Assembly (NCBI GenBank): GCA_038496445.1
Contig: JALMLS010000520.1
Location: forward strand, 209,930-273,929
Direction of reading: 5' to 3'
Length of the DNA stretch: 64,000 nucleotides
DNA from: Trichosphaerium sp. ATCC 40318
Taxonomy: Eukaryota; Protista; Tubulinea
Under the pieces are notes generated by a model. It worked only from the letters and a program-made list of their open reading frames with translations, had not been told where the DNA came from and searched no databases. Positions 11,502 through 24,038 of this stretch are shown here, piece by piece; within the stretch, counting starts at the first letter, position 1; each line of letters opens with the position of its first letter. A program made the translations under genes and the position numbers.

Positions 11502-13347
11502 ATGAGTCATTTGAATACTGCTCTTAGGTCGTGGGAGCCTGACAAGTCCTGGAAGCGATTGTATTCTCTTGGTTGGCACTAATTAGCTTCTATTGGTTGT
11601 TAATGTAATCTACAGACGTACACACAGAAGGAGAACCGCTGCGCATCATTTTTTTGGATGAAGAGTTGCCTGGAGATGGAATTCTCGATAAACGTCGCTA
11701 CATGACTGAAAATATGGACTGGATACGTAAAGTAAACGTTTTTATTAGACACTGTCGTTTTACGCTAATTACCTTAATAGGCCCTAATGAGAGAGCCTAG
11801 AGGTCACACAGGTACGCGAAACGCTATAGAAATCATTTAAATACAAAACAACAGTGAGATAAGCGCACATTTTGACAAAACTGAAAATTTTTTCTGTTCT
11901 TTTGTTGTCGGCTCAGCTTACAATTTCGCTACAAAGATATGTATGGCGCAATTATTACTGCTCCTGAAAAGAAAGATAGCGATTTTGGAGTGTTGTTTAT
12001 GCACAACGAGTACGTCATTTTGGTTTGTCTTCAAAACTCTTTTTCTTTCCTCTGACACGTTACTAATTAAAGAGGCTATTCGACAATGTGTGGGCATGGG
12101 ATAATAGGTACTATTTTAGTGCAAATCACGTGTTTTGCCGTTTTACTATGAATAGAACGTCACGTCTAAAGATGTTCATCTAATTCTGATTTTCTTTTTA
12201 TTAGCGTTGGTGTACACTCTCGTCACTACAGGTGTGTATCCTATTACGAAGAAATCTTTCAAGATTGATTCTCCTGCTGGTACCTTGTTACAATACAGAG
12301 TGGTTTATCAGTACTAAAGTGTTTACTACAGGTCTCATTAAAGCAGAATCCGTTGTTGAGGAAAGTAAAGTGACACGCGTCAAGTTTAAGAATGTACCTT
12401 CGTTTGTGTTCAAACCAAAATGCACTATTAAACCTCCTGTGGTATGTACTGAAATGTTATTTACAGTAATAGTTTGTTGCTGAAATATCTTTCATGTTGT
12501 TGAAAATATTGTTTCGTGTTTTTTTCTTATTTTGGATGTTATCTTCTAATGTTAACTAGGAATTTGGTACTGATGAACTGAGTTTTGATATCGTTTTTGG
12601 AGGAGCTTTCTATGCCTATGTTGATGTAACACCTCTCGGTTTGAGCCTAACACCTGAAAACGCAAGAAAACTCTCAAGGTTAGGGTTTTCGCTTAAAAAA
12701 CAGATAATGGCGTCTGAGCCATTAAAACATCCTTATGAGGTATGTCTTATTCCGACAAGAGCATGTACAATTTAACGCTAGCTTGCTAGGACGACCTGGC
12801 ATTCCTTTATGGAGTGATATTTTATAATCGAGTGTCCGAAAACCGGTATCGAGAAGTATGCATTTTCGCTGATGGTCAAGTTGACAGAAGTCCCTGTGGT
12901 ACCTTTTTTTTGTTTGACAACAAGTGGAATATAGACACTGGATTTGCAAAAAAGTACAAAAAAAGCAGGCAGTTTTGTCTTGATGTGCTTCTTGTTTGTG
13001 TCGTTTTCTTTTCGATTGCAAAGATCCACGTGCTTTGTATTAAAGTATTTCTAGGTACTGGTGTTAGCGGCTTGGTCGCTTTGTTGTGGCATAGGGGAGT
13101 GATAAGTGAATCTCAATCAGTTGTTGTAGAGAGTATTTTAGGCGGTAGTTTTGAGGTACTTTTACATTCCAAAAACCAAAAACCTTCCGCTAAAAACATC
13201 AAAAAGGGAGTTGCTTGCTCTGAAACTACTTTTGGCGAATATAAGGCAATTATTCCTGAGATATCTGGCTGTGCTGGGATCGTGGGCAAGAACGAGTGGT
13301 TTGTAGATCCTAATGATTATCTCAACGGCGGGTTTCTGCTGCAATAA
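11502..13347 (+). CDS. Proline racemase-family enzyme (hydroxyproline epimerase/racemase type, Cys/Cys)
   Basis: DVHTEGEPLRI, LMREPRGH, MYGA, GVLFMHNE|GYSTMCGHG, FGGAFY, CIFADGQVDRSPC|GTGVSG, DPNDYLNGGFLL; about 10 introns. Confidence 0.93.
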
Positions 13348-13408
13348 AAAAACAAAATACAAGTAGTGCTAAACAAGTCAAGTGGATAGGCGAATCAAAA
13401 AAGATATC

Positions 13409-13482
13409 TAGTTCCGTCCGGGTTCGAACCGGAGACCTTCTGCGTGTTAAGCAGATGTGATAACCAACTACACCACGGAACT
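13409..13482 (-). tRNA. tRNA-Val (AAC)
   Basis: Complete cloverleaf: AGTTCCG/CGGAACT acceptor stem, TCTGC-TT-AAC-AC-GCAGA anticodon arm, TCCGG-TTCGAAC-CCGGA T arm; T-run terminator follows. Confidence 0.97.
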
Positions 13483-13599
13483 AATTCATGTAACATAAAG
13501 CCAAATTTGACGTACCGATTCAAAAAGTTGGCAAATGAAAATTAAAGCTTTATTTAGACCAAATCGCACCAAGCAGATTTTGTTTTTGTAACATGAATT

Positions 13600-13673
13600 A
13601 GTTCCGTGGTGTAGTTGGTTATCACATCTGCTTAACACGCAGAAGGTCTCCGGTTCGAACCCGGACGGAACTA
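13600..13673 (+). tRNA. tRNA-Val (AAC)
   Basis: Identical to the minus-strand copy; followed by GATATC and a T-run (Pol III terminator). Confidence 0.97.
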
Positions 13674-14132
13674 GATATCTTTTTTTGCGTTGTATCTATC
13701 TATTGGTAGAAGCAATTTTTACTTCAATATTTCGTTTTGCTATGTGTTTTGCGTAATTTCTTTTTATTTTACATTTACAGCGATCTACCACTTGGCAAGC
13801 CTATCATGTTTGTTCCTGGTGCTGGAGGGAAAAAAGTGGCGAATACTGTTGGTAATAAACTCATACCAACAGCTGCTACTACAAAAATTGCGAACTAAAT
13901 TGGTTAGAACACTGTAGCGCGTTAATGGGTGAATTAACTCACTTTGCTTGGTAAACTGTTAGTTTGCTGCTGTTGTGGCTGAAAATCGTTAAACCATGGT
14001 TGTGGGTCTTCGTTACCGCTCATCTTGTTCAAATGTCGTGTCAGAACTTAAAAAACTTGATTTTTGATAAAACTGGCTTAAGCTTCCGCTGTCGGTTGCT
14101 CGTTGAGTATTCTACCACATTTTAGCAATATT

Positions 14133-15936
14133 ATGGACGGTGGTACGTCGTTTTAGCGATTGATTCAAAGCCATTATTGATGTATCAAGTTAAACAGTGG
14201 ATGCTATGATGAAAAACCGTAAACGATACAAGAAATCTACAACAAATGGCCATAAAAAAAAGGAGGACGTTCATAAACCAAAAAGGAGACGAAACAATAC
14301 AGAAGTATCTGTTAGACCTATTTCATTCATTCTTGGGTTGTTTTTCATTGTTTATTTGACTATGTTCGCTCTTGTGAAGGTTCAAGAGAAAGGTTCGTTT
14401 GTAATTTTTCTACCACTTATCAAAATGTACTATACGTAACTACGATGAGTTATACAATAGTAATAGTCATAAATAAGCGACTTTTTAAATCATACACGTC
14501 ACAATATAACTCCAATTAGGATCCAATGGTGTAAATGATGTTTTGTACGCTTACAACAACCTATCGTAGCCCTTTTTACACATTTTAATTTTATTTCTTT
14601 TTCAACAGCTTCGCTGGACATTTGACACTCTTTATCGCTGGTGTTGGCCTTGTACTATGTAGAGAAAGTATAATTGGTACGTTTAAAAAACAAACAATCA
14701 AGATGAACCACGTGGTTTTCTCATTACAAAAAAACCCGCTAAAGAAGGCGTCAAACTCACTTACGTAACAACCGGAGTTGTCTAAGGCGAAAACAATTTT
14801 TTTCCTGTTTTTTTTTTTTAATTGTTTTTTTAAATGTTTCTTAGGTATTGCCATTGCATTTGCAGCGTACCCACATATGTCATTCACGTATGATATTATA
14901 TATTGGCTAGTATTAGATAAGTTCCCAATGGGACGTTGTATTTTTCTTGAAGATATTGAGTTACATACTAACTGGTACGTCATCCTTCGTTCTGCCTACG
15001 CACTATTTTTTTTTTTTCAAAGTTTTTGTATTCTTTTTTTGTTTGGCGTGTTGCTGTGTTTTTTGATACTCATGTTCTTTTGCTTGGTTTGGTATATACG
15101 CTAAAAATCTTTGTAAAATAGGTGGATGACATTACACTCAGTTTGGATGATGCCACTACTCTATGCTGTTCTTTATTTGGAGTATCCAACTTTTGAAATG
15201 ACTTTACGCCAATTTGCGACAGCTACTGGGATTCAACTTATTTTCTCTGCATTGGTAAAATATAATACTATTGGTAGTGAATCGGTAACTCATGTTCGTA
15301 TCCTTCAACAAATTCACGTGTCGGCAATCAACAAATTTCAACTTGACACTCACTTTTTTCTTCTCAATTTTTCATTTTATTCCTTCGTTGATTTGTCATT
15401 TTTCTTGCCTTTTATGTATTTCTTAACTCGATGAGTTATTGGTGATGAGTATTGGGAACCACCTGATTTTTTTAAAAGCCATGATAGAGATGAAATGATA
15501 CCTTACTTAATGTGGATATTTGTATTCGAATGTCTTTTACTCAATAGCGTTGCATGGGTATTTCTTAAGCTCTTGACGTCATTTTTATTTGAACAAAAGA
15601 CAAATCCTACGTATCAACCGAAGGTACTAAATATTAAATTTTCTAACGTATTCGGTGACACCAACGTCGATCAATTTAATGGAAAAAATTTCAACTTATA
15701 TTTTTCCTTCATTGAAATCTGAGGCTTCTTTTATCGTTCTACACTACTCTATTTGCTGTGTATAGTGTTGAACAATAATTTATTTCGTGATTACACATGT
15801 AAATTTCTTTGAAGGCACTGTTATGTTGTCTACGGAGGATGTGTTAGCATTCTGTTTGAAAATGTCTTTTTTTCTCTTAATTTAGTTTATTGTTCTGATG
15901 TGTCTTTTAGTCTTCGAAGAAACCAAATCCAGCTGA
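14133..15936 (+). CDS. Hypothetical multi-pass membrane protein
   Basis: Basic N-terminus, then several hydrophobic exons (ISFILGLFFIVYLTMFALV; FAGHLTLFIAGVGLVL; WWMTLHSVWMMPLLYAVLYL; MIPYLMWIFVFECLLLNSVAWVFL). 3' exon structure approximate. Confidence 0.7.
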
Positions 15937-16726
15937 TAAGAAGGGAAAGGCGTCATAGAGTTTCATTTTTTAATACCAAGGTAAAACAAGAATCAGGGAT
16001 CTTTAATATGATGGTGATCATTGTAAAACTTGGAAAAATTCTTCGCTTTTCTGTTTTTACCAAAAAAAGGCTTTAGAACAAAAAAAGCTCAATTTGGGTT
16101 GTAAAAGAACAAAAATTATTGTTAGCACAATACCAATATATGTAAATTGCAATGACACAGGATTAATACCAAAAAAACCAAACCACTTACTGCGCAACTT
16201 TTTTTGTCGATGAAAGTCAGACTGGGTAAAAAAAAAAAGACCAGGTACGTACTGGATACACTCAGTGCTTTTAATTTATTTTTCTCCGATGTTACGAACG
16301 AAAAATGCTAGAATAACATTTTTACTATTGCTATTATTGTATTTATGAATAACAGAAATGAGTACCAATGATCAAAACTGGACGTGTCAAAAAAATGAGA
16401 AAAGTTTTTTTATCTTTCCTTTTTCTTAGCAATACATCTCTTAGTTTATCTCAAACAACCCAACCTATGAGTTTAAGGTCATTTAAATGATGTTCTAGAC
16501 TTACTATTTTTGAACTTAATCGTAGCTCTGGCGCTCAAATTGTAGAATAACAGCAAAAAAAAACCGCGCCAAGTTCTATCGTATTGAATGAGGTGTCACT
16601 TTTATAAAATGACTTGATGGCCTTAAGTAGGCATTTGAAAGAATACCCAAATTAAGAATCTCGTAACTAAAACTACAAAAAGGCTTTTCTTGTAGAGTGT
16701 CGCAATACCTTGCGTTTTATAATCTA

Positions 16727-19652
16727 ATGTCTCTACCCTACGGCGTGCTCACCGTAGCGCTTGTGCTTTGCATAGCTCATCCAGTTTTCTCCCATGAAGG
16801 CATTCACACCTGTATACACGATAAAATGGAGCGTCCAGAGATTAATTACGTGCAACAAGATCATTCTCACTGGAAACGTAACGTAGACAATATCGAACAA
16901 ACTAGAGAAGCCTACTACAGCCAGCAGTTTCGTATGGAGCTTGTAACAGATTATGTGGACGTAAGCGTCGATGCCAGTTGTACGATAATCGATACTGTTT
17001 GTTTTGCAACGAATACTACGCTAGTCATACGCTTAGCAAGGGTTATTAACTATTTTTGTAGTGGACCCAGCTTATACCCCCGAAACACTAAATTACCTGC
17101 TTACAGTACTGCTTCCTGAAGCACAGCAGCAATTAGAAGAGATCTTAAAGGTATGACGTTACATCTTTTGCATTGTTTCCTAAATACCATTTTAGGTCCA
17201 TGCGATACCACGTCTCGTGATAGGATCAGGAGGTTGTGGTAATGTCATTACAACCACACCAGCTCGATACTCAAATGTAAGTGCTTTTTTTGGCCAACTG
17301 ACTTTTTTTTGACATTCTTCTTGTTTTAGCCTCCAGCAACGACTGACTATGATTTTATCATGTTCGTTACTGGTAGATCAACCAATCCAGGTGTTTTGGC
17401 TTTCGCAGCTCCATGTGATGTACGTACACTTCTATTATTCTGTTGGAAATAGCTTATATTGGTTAGACAGACGCAGAAACTGGTAGACCGATCTCAGGGT
17501 TTCTGAATGTTGGTGGCGGTAGTGTAAGTCTAGACGCTGGTCAAAAGCAAGGACAAGTCGGTGTCATGGTTCACGAGATGTTACACGCTCTTGGATTCAC
17601 TTCTGGTAGTTTTGGTTCTTCTCGTTGGGGTAGTTACAACGCAAATACTGGCAACTTTAGTACGTACTTCTATTTTTTTGTTTGGTTTTTTTTTGAAGTG
17701 CTGATAGCTTTATTTAGCTCGGGAGTCTACCGGTAGTAACAAGTATGCAGAGATCAGCATTGCATCTGGAACTACTACTAAAAATGTTCTAAAAATGAAT
17801 ACTCCCGAAGTTCTTAAAGTAGTGAGGGAACAGTTTGATTGCCCAACGCTTGATGGTGTATGTTAATTTTTTTGTAAAGAATCAACCTCGGCATAGCTAA
17901 ATGTTACCCTTTGAATAGGCTGAATTAGAAGATCAAGGTGCAGGAGGTACAGCTGGTTCTCATTGGGAAAAACGTTTGTTCCTTACCGAGACAATGGCTG
18001 GTTCAGCATCACGATTTCCAGTTCTCAGCAGGCTCACTCTGGCTGTTTTAAAGGTAAACCAAACATTTGTTACTGAATATTCACTTATATTAATCAACTT
18101 TAGGATGCTGGTTGGTATGACCCTGATTTTACAAAAGCTAGGGTGCTTTCTTGGGGCCGTGGCATGGTACGCAAATAACGAACGAACTTTACTTTTCTGT
18201 TGTGCTTATGGGTCTTTCTTATTTCTAGGGATGTCAGTTTGCACTAAATGATTGTGGTTTATGGCCAAAAGTAGGTGACAGTGATCAAGGTGAAGGTATA
18301 GGTTGTGATAGTAAGAAGGTATGTTGTTTTACTTTTCTTTTTGTAGCAAGCTTATAAGGTTGTACAGGGCTTAACTGAGAACGATGCTCAATGTTCTCAT
18401 GATCTCTTGGGGGCAGGTGTTTGTAATGTTGTAGATTTTACAAACCCTCTACCAGCTGAGTACCAGTACGTACTCAACTTTCTGTTTGAGGTCATGATTT
18501 CACCCCGCTAACTTTTTTTTTCTCATTTAGACATTTCAGTGATCCTAACCGTGGAGGTTCACCTGATAACTCAGCCAATCTTGCAGACCATTGCACCTAT
18601 ATTCAAGTGTTTTCAAACCTTTATTGTCGTCCGAATACTACAGCAGAGTTTAAGTTTGAACTTGATGCTGGAGAGTCTAACGAGGAATTTGCAAGATGCT
18701 TTAGAAGTGACCTTGCTCCAAAGATTCTTGGTGTAGAACTAAGTCAATTTGAAAAATCACGTTGTTACAATACATCTTGTCAAAACAGTGATACACTTCG
18801 TGTACAAGTTGATAGTATTTGGTATGTCTGTACTGATGGCCTGAATGTCAATGTACGTTTGTGTAATATTATGTGGCAACTGTTTGTTGTTACGTCTCGA
18901 TGTTCTTCGTTTTTTGTTAATTTTTTTTACTTTTAGCCTGTTACAAGAGGTGGTTCTATCAAGTGTCCTAATGGAGGTGCTATAAGGCTTTGCGGTCATG
19001 CAGAAAGTGATTTTGAGTGGCCTGAATTGTTAAGTGTCTCTCCTATAAAGGGACCACCTGGAACACTTGTTACTCTTATTGGTACTAACTTCAAGGCTGA
19101 TTTTATGCATGTTGAAGTAGCACGTAAAACAATGACTGATGTCGTTGTTTTCAACTCTACTCATATGCAAGCCAAGATTCCTGATAAATCCAACTTCAAG
19201 GATCCTACACGTGTTTTCACTAGTAATTCAGAGTATGTCGCTGTCCGAGATGGTTCAGGTGCGTTCAATGAAGTTTTTTTTCAAAACGAAGAAACAATAT
19301 CAAAAAACAAAGTGTTGGTTGTTGATAAGCTCTTTAGTATTTCTGTTTTTTTTTGATTAACATTTTCAAATAGGTAGAACTGCTCATATAGATAATGCTT
19401 TTGAAATTGACGTCGGTATTGGTGTACGTCACGTAGTGTTTTTTTGTGAAAAAAAAAGCTTCATCTTTAGTTTTGTTTTTGTTTTTTGTTGTTGGTTTTG
19501 ACGTTTCTTAGGATTTACCTTGGTGGGTTATTCTCCTTTGTGTTGTTGGCGCTATTGTAGTACTATCTCTAACATTCTTTATCATATACAAGATTATCAA
19601 ATGTTGTATGCCTAAGAGACCAGACGGCAAGGAATCTCAATCTTTTAAATAA
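16727..19652 (+). CDS. Leishmanolysin/GP63-like M8 metallopeptidase with IPT/TIG domain and C-terminal transmembrane helix
   Basis: Signal peptide; pro-region HTCIHD; HEMLHALGF at 17572; ELEDQGAGGTAGSHWEKR; Cys-rich domains; VSPIKGPPGTLVTLIGTNF (IPT/TIG); LPWWVILLCVVGAIVVLSLTFFIIY TM; stop 19652. Confidence 0.93.
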
Positions 19653-20444
19653 ATTATGTAAGTTTTTTTCAAAAAATATGCAAAAACTCTTTGTGGTAAT
19701 TAGTTATTTGAATAGCCTTTCCTAAATTTTAGACGTACTAAGTTTAAAGAGTTTGGGAACTTGACAAAGAAGGAATCTTATAAAGCAGAGATTGTAGGTT
19801 GCTCTTTGTTTCGAATATCGGAATATTTTGTTGTTGGTATCATAAAACTATGCCGGTTTGTTTTTTGAATGTGAGTGTTTTTGGAGAGAAAGAATTAAGG
19901 GTTACTATGACACTTTTATGTACAAAGTCGAACAAATTTTCGATAAACAAAACTATAAGCAACCATGTATCATGTGCTTTTTTCTGGACGGTTGTTTTCG
20001 GTTCAGATTTTGTGGGATGGTCAGTTTTTTTTTGGTTGTGATGTTCTTTGATCAGCTACTGTTGAAGCAATGTGTTGATATTTAAGACAATTCGTTATCC
20101 TATAAATAGTTAACGAACTTGTCATCATTAAAAACGTGCCCATTGAAAAAGTGCTTTTTTTTTTTCACACGTAAAACAATGTCACTACGTTGTAGTCTAA
20201 CGGGCCAAGCGAGTAGTTGAATCAGTGGATACAATGTTAATTTATTAATAGTTATTTCAATGTCTTACGCTTGTGGTCACGCTCTATCTATTCTATCCAC
20301 ATGTAGGTAGTATACATTGGCGTTTTTTGGTCGAACCGTTTGTAGTATATAAAACTGCACAAGATTTTTTTGTGAATTAAATCATAGCTCTCAATGCACA
20401 ACAATTATTTCGGAGCGTTTTTTTTTTCACTTCACAGCCTCTTC

Positions 20445-23015
20445 ATGATCATGGCCACATCTCATCACGTGCGTATTGTATTAATAGTAACCGTGTTATC
20501 CTTTAAATAACAGTAATATTGACACTAGTCTCATAGGTTATCGTAATAGTGATACTGCAGGCATTGTTATTTAGTTTCGCCTCTTCTCAACCTTGGAACG
20601 ATTTACAAGCAAAAGTTGACGGATATATTTTATTACCTGGTGACCCTACATATGAATATATAAGGTATTTATTAATATTACTACATCAGTTTATCCTTAC
20701 GCTAATTTTTCGAATCCGTTTTTCCGCGTGAGTTGGGTCGCTTGTGTTTTTGTTAGTAATTTTGTTATTTTTAGATCTAAAGTACTCTCGTTACCGAACG
20801 ATGTACCTCCAGATCAACCTAGAGCTATTATACAACCTTTATCAACGCAAGATGTTAGTGAAGTTATGAAGTTTGCCAAAAATCATAGTATTCCACAAGT
20901 AACAGCGCTTGCAGGCACGTGACTGTTTTGAGAATCACTTTTTTTTTTTACTCTTCCAGATTTTTTTTGTAATTGTTTGCTTCTTTCGGCTTACTTCCGT
21001 TTTTTGATTTCCCTGTATAAAAAAATGAGCTAATAGTAGTGTTACCTCTTAGGTGGTCACTCTCCCGATGGTTTTTCGTTCCCTACCGATGGCATTCAAG
21101 TAGATTTTTCCCTTATGAAAAATTTTACTTTAGACACTATGAACAAGCACGCTACTATTCAACCAGGTAAGAACGAGTCGTTGTGGTTTGGTAATGGTGT
21201 AGCTAACTTGTTTACGTAGGTGTTTTTTCGGGTAACATCACAATCGCTCTCAATGGTACAGGGTTAGGTATACCCCAAGGAGATTGTCCAACAATAGGTC
21301 TTGGTACGAGAACATTTTCCAAAGTCACGTGCGCTTTTGGTTTTAATTTTTTTCTTTAGGCGGATTTTTATCTTATGGAGGGTATGGAGCGCTCTCTCGA
21401 ACACAAGGTCTAGGTATTGACGCTATTCTTGAGTATGAACTTGTTGTTGCGAATGGTACTGTTTTAATTGTCAACAGCACATTAAATACAGATTTATTCT
21501 TCGCTCTTCGTGGTGCGTTGCCAGCTTTTGGAATAGCCACGAGAATAAAAGTGAAGCTATTTGACATATCCGATTTTTTTGGCGGAATTCTCCTATACGA
21601 CGTACCTGAAGCGAATGCTTCGTCTTTTCTCAAGGATTGGTATAATACGATAATGAATACAAGCGATCTTATTGATGACCCAAATTTTATGACACGTGTC
21701 AATACGAGAAAAGCTTTTGGATTTCCTTCTTTTCTTAGAATGACAATTGCTATTATGTTCTTTGGTGATGATTCTGATGCTTTAAAAAAACAGAGACTGA
21801 TGCCTTTGATTGATATCGATAATATAGACTTTTATCCACAATATAGGGTACAAGGATTCGATGATTTAATGCCGGCAGATTACTACAATTTTCATCTTTG
21901 GAACTTTGAAAGCTTCTTGTCAAGTGTTCAGTTTTTTTCTAATCTTCAACCTTACTATCGACATGGTATGCTTTCAAATGAACGAATGAAGTCACCTGGT
22001 ACTATAGATAGCGTTGTTGATATTTTCGTTTCTGGGTTTGATAGTACACAACCAGTGACGTTTGGTCAAGCTGGAGAACTGGGTATTGTTGGCGGACAAG
22101 TCACAAATATTCCTAAAAATGAAACATCTTTCTTTGCCAGAGATTTTGATTTCGTTTGGGGATGGTGGACTTCTTATAGGACTACCACAGAATTCGACGC
22201 TGGAAGACAATATTATGATGGATTGGCGTCATCTCTAACTACACTATCTCAGAACAGAGGGTTTTATGGTAACCTCAATACAATCAAGTTCTCGAGGGAA
22301 TTTGATGCTCTAGGTATGTGTCTCCCTACCTTCCTTCTTTAACAGACTCTTACTTATTCAGGCACTAATATCCCTAAACTCGAATCGATTAAAGAAAAGT
22401 GGGACTCAGATAATATGTTTTCACGTACATGGGACATCACACCAGGTGTAGGATGTACGAAATGATTTTTTCTGTTCTTTTTATTACAACTTAATCATGT
22501 TTTTAAGTGCGTTGTGCGTCTTCTTGCAAGAGTACTCTCGTGTTTTATCCTCATTACTACTTTGGATTTACGATATTCTTGAATCAGTCTATAGAGTTTG
22601 GCGACTTGGATATTAATAGTTTCCTCTCTGTTGATTTGTACAACCCAGAATTGGATAATATTTATTCAAGTACTTATGAATACTGGGACGGATACTGGAC
22701 ACCTCACTATCACAACGGAACGTTAATAGTATGTGAACGATACAGAGTTAACTTAATGTCATTCTAACGTAAATAACGTAGCATTGGTCATACTATGATG
22801 GATCGCGATATGTTCTTTTAAAGAATGTGCACACCAGTACACCAAAAATAATTGTTTCGGTTAGTGGTGATGCAGCCTCCCTCTGCGGCTCCTTGCCGTT
22901 GACATTCCCGGTATATGTTAGGATAGAAACTGGAACTGAACAATGCGTACATGCTACTTTTACCGATGGCCTTAATACACATTTTGCGTTCATGGCAGAA
23001 AACACGTGCGATTGA
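20445..23015 (+). CDS. Secreted FAD-linked oxidase (berberine bridge enzyme-like) with extra C-terminal domain; start codon approximate
   Basis: Signal peptide; GYILLPGDPTYE; QPRAIIQP; VTALA|GGHS (covalent-FAD His motif); GDCPTIGL|GGFLSYGGYG; DLFFALRGA; TNIPKLESIKEKWDSDNMF (BBE tail). Confidence 0.88.
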
Positions 23016-23320
23016 CCGGAAGATGGAATTTTTTTTTGTACTTTTAAATCAATGAGAATAAAACATAGCAGTTGTTGGACTTCTGCATCTAGAAATTAAA
23101 TACAATTCAATTAACTAGCCAGTATTCATGTCAAGTATTAGTGACGTCTATTCTGTTACTAAATTGTTTACAAGTCGGATGCCGGATGTGAACTTAAAAA
23201 GATATGACACGAAAAGGATGTGAAAGAAGTCATTATAAGAGTGCAAGAAATATACATTACTGAGAGCGAATATAATCTAGAATTTACGTGTAAGTGCTTT
23301 GCTCTTACGCTTAATTAGAA

Positions 23321-23392
23321 GTTCCCTTAGCTCAGAAGGGAGAGCGCCAGGCTTCATCCAGGCGGTCGTGAGATCGATACTTACAAAGTTCA
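23321..23392 (+). pseudogene. Degenerate tRNA-like sequence
   Basis: Intact D arm (TAGCTCAGAAGGGAGAGCG) and T-like arm (GTGAG-ATCGATA-CTTAC), but unpaired acceptor stem and mismatched, shortened anticodon arm. Confidence 0.6.
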
Positions 23393-24038
23393 TATTATTT
23401 TCGAGAATTGTGTTTATAGTGTACTTTACGGCAGCAAAGGCTTAGGTTTAGGAACCTTGACCTTCACACATCAGAAAAAAACGTTTTATTTCATGGAAGC
23501 AGCAATTGAATAAGCCCGTACGATTGATACTTATTTTTCTGCTTTGCTAACACTCAGTTGTTGAGGAAATGTGTTATTGATGCTAAATACCTCCCATCTT
23601 TAATTCGGAGGCGATGTGGCATCTTAAAAATATCGTAAAAAAGTAAAACCTAAATCAACATTGGTTTTAGTCTCTTCATGTTTTGTCCTCATGCTGTGCT
23701 TAGCAAATCATATTGATTATCGCGGAAAAACGCAACCTATCACTTACATTTAATAACCAGTTCCATTTCATTTCAAAACGAATTATCACGTGATAGACAA
23801 GACAAAAGAAATGTTGTTGGAAGTTCAGAAAATCTCTTGTTAGGCAATAGTCAAAACCGCTAGATATTTATTGTGACAAGTACCATTAAATATTACATGA
23901 TGACAATGAGGTGGAGAAATACCATGCTCCAAATAGTTCTTCAATCGGAGTCTTGCTTTTTTTTTCCACTCGTATTAATTATTCAGCAATCACTGCCACA
24001 CAAGCCAACAATAGTAAACACCCCTTGTTTCTACTCCT

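Larger units (their letters stand above)
13397..13685. repeat. About 95-bp perfect inverted repeat (13397-13491 / 13591-13685) with about 100-bp spacer, carrying the two tRNA-Val genes
   Basis: Arms are exact reverse complements, including the 5' flank (ACATGAATT) and 3' flank (GATATCTTTTTT). Confidence 0.92.

Noticed and set aside
19799-20085. Cys/Phe-rich ORFs downstream of the leishmanolysin
   Set aside because: Low-complexity T-rich intergenic sequence with non-ATG starts and no homology.
23340-23365. TCA triplet suggesting a selenocysteine or opal suppressor tRNA
   Set aside because: Acceptor and anticodon stems do not pair and there is no long variable arm; genes here use TGA as a normal stop.
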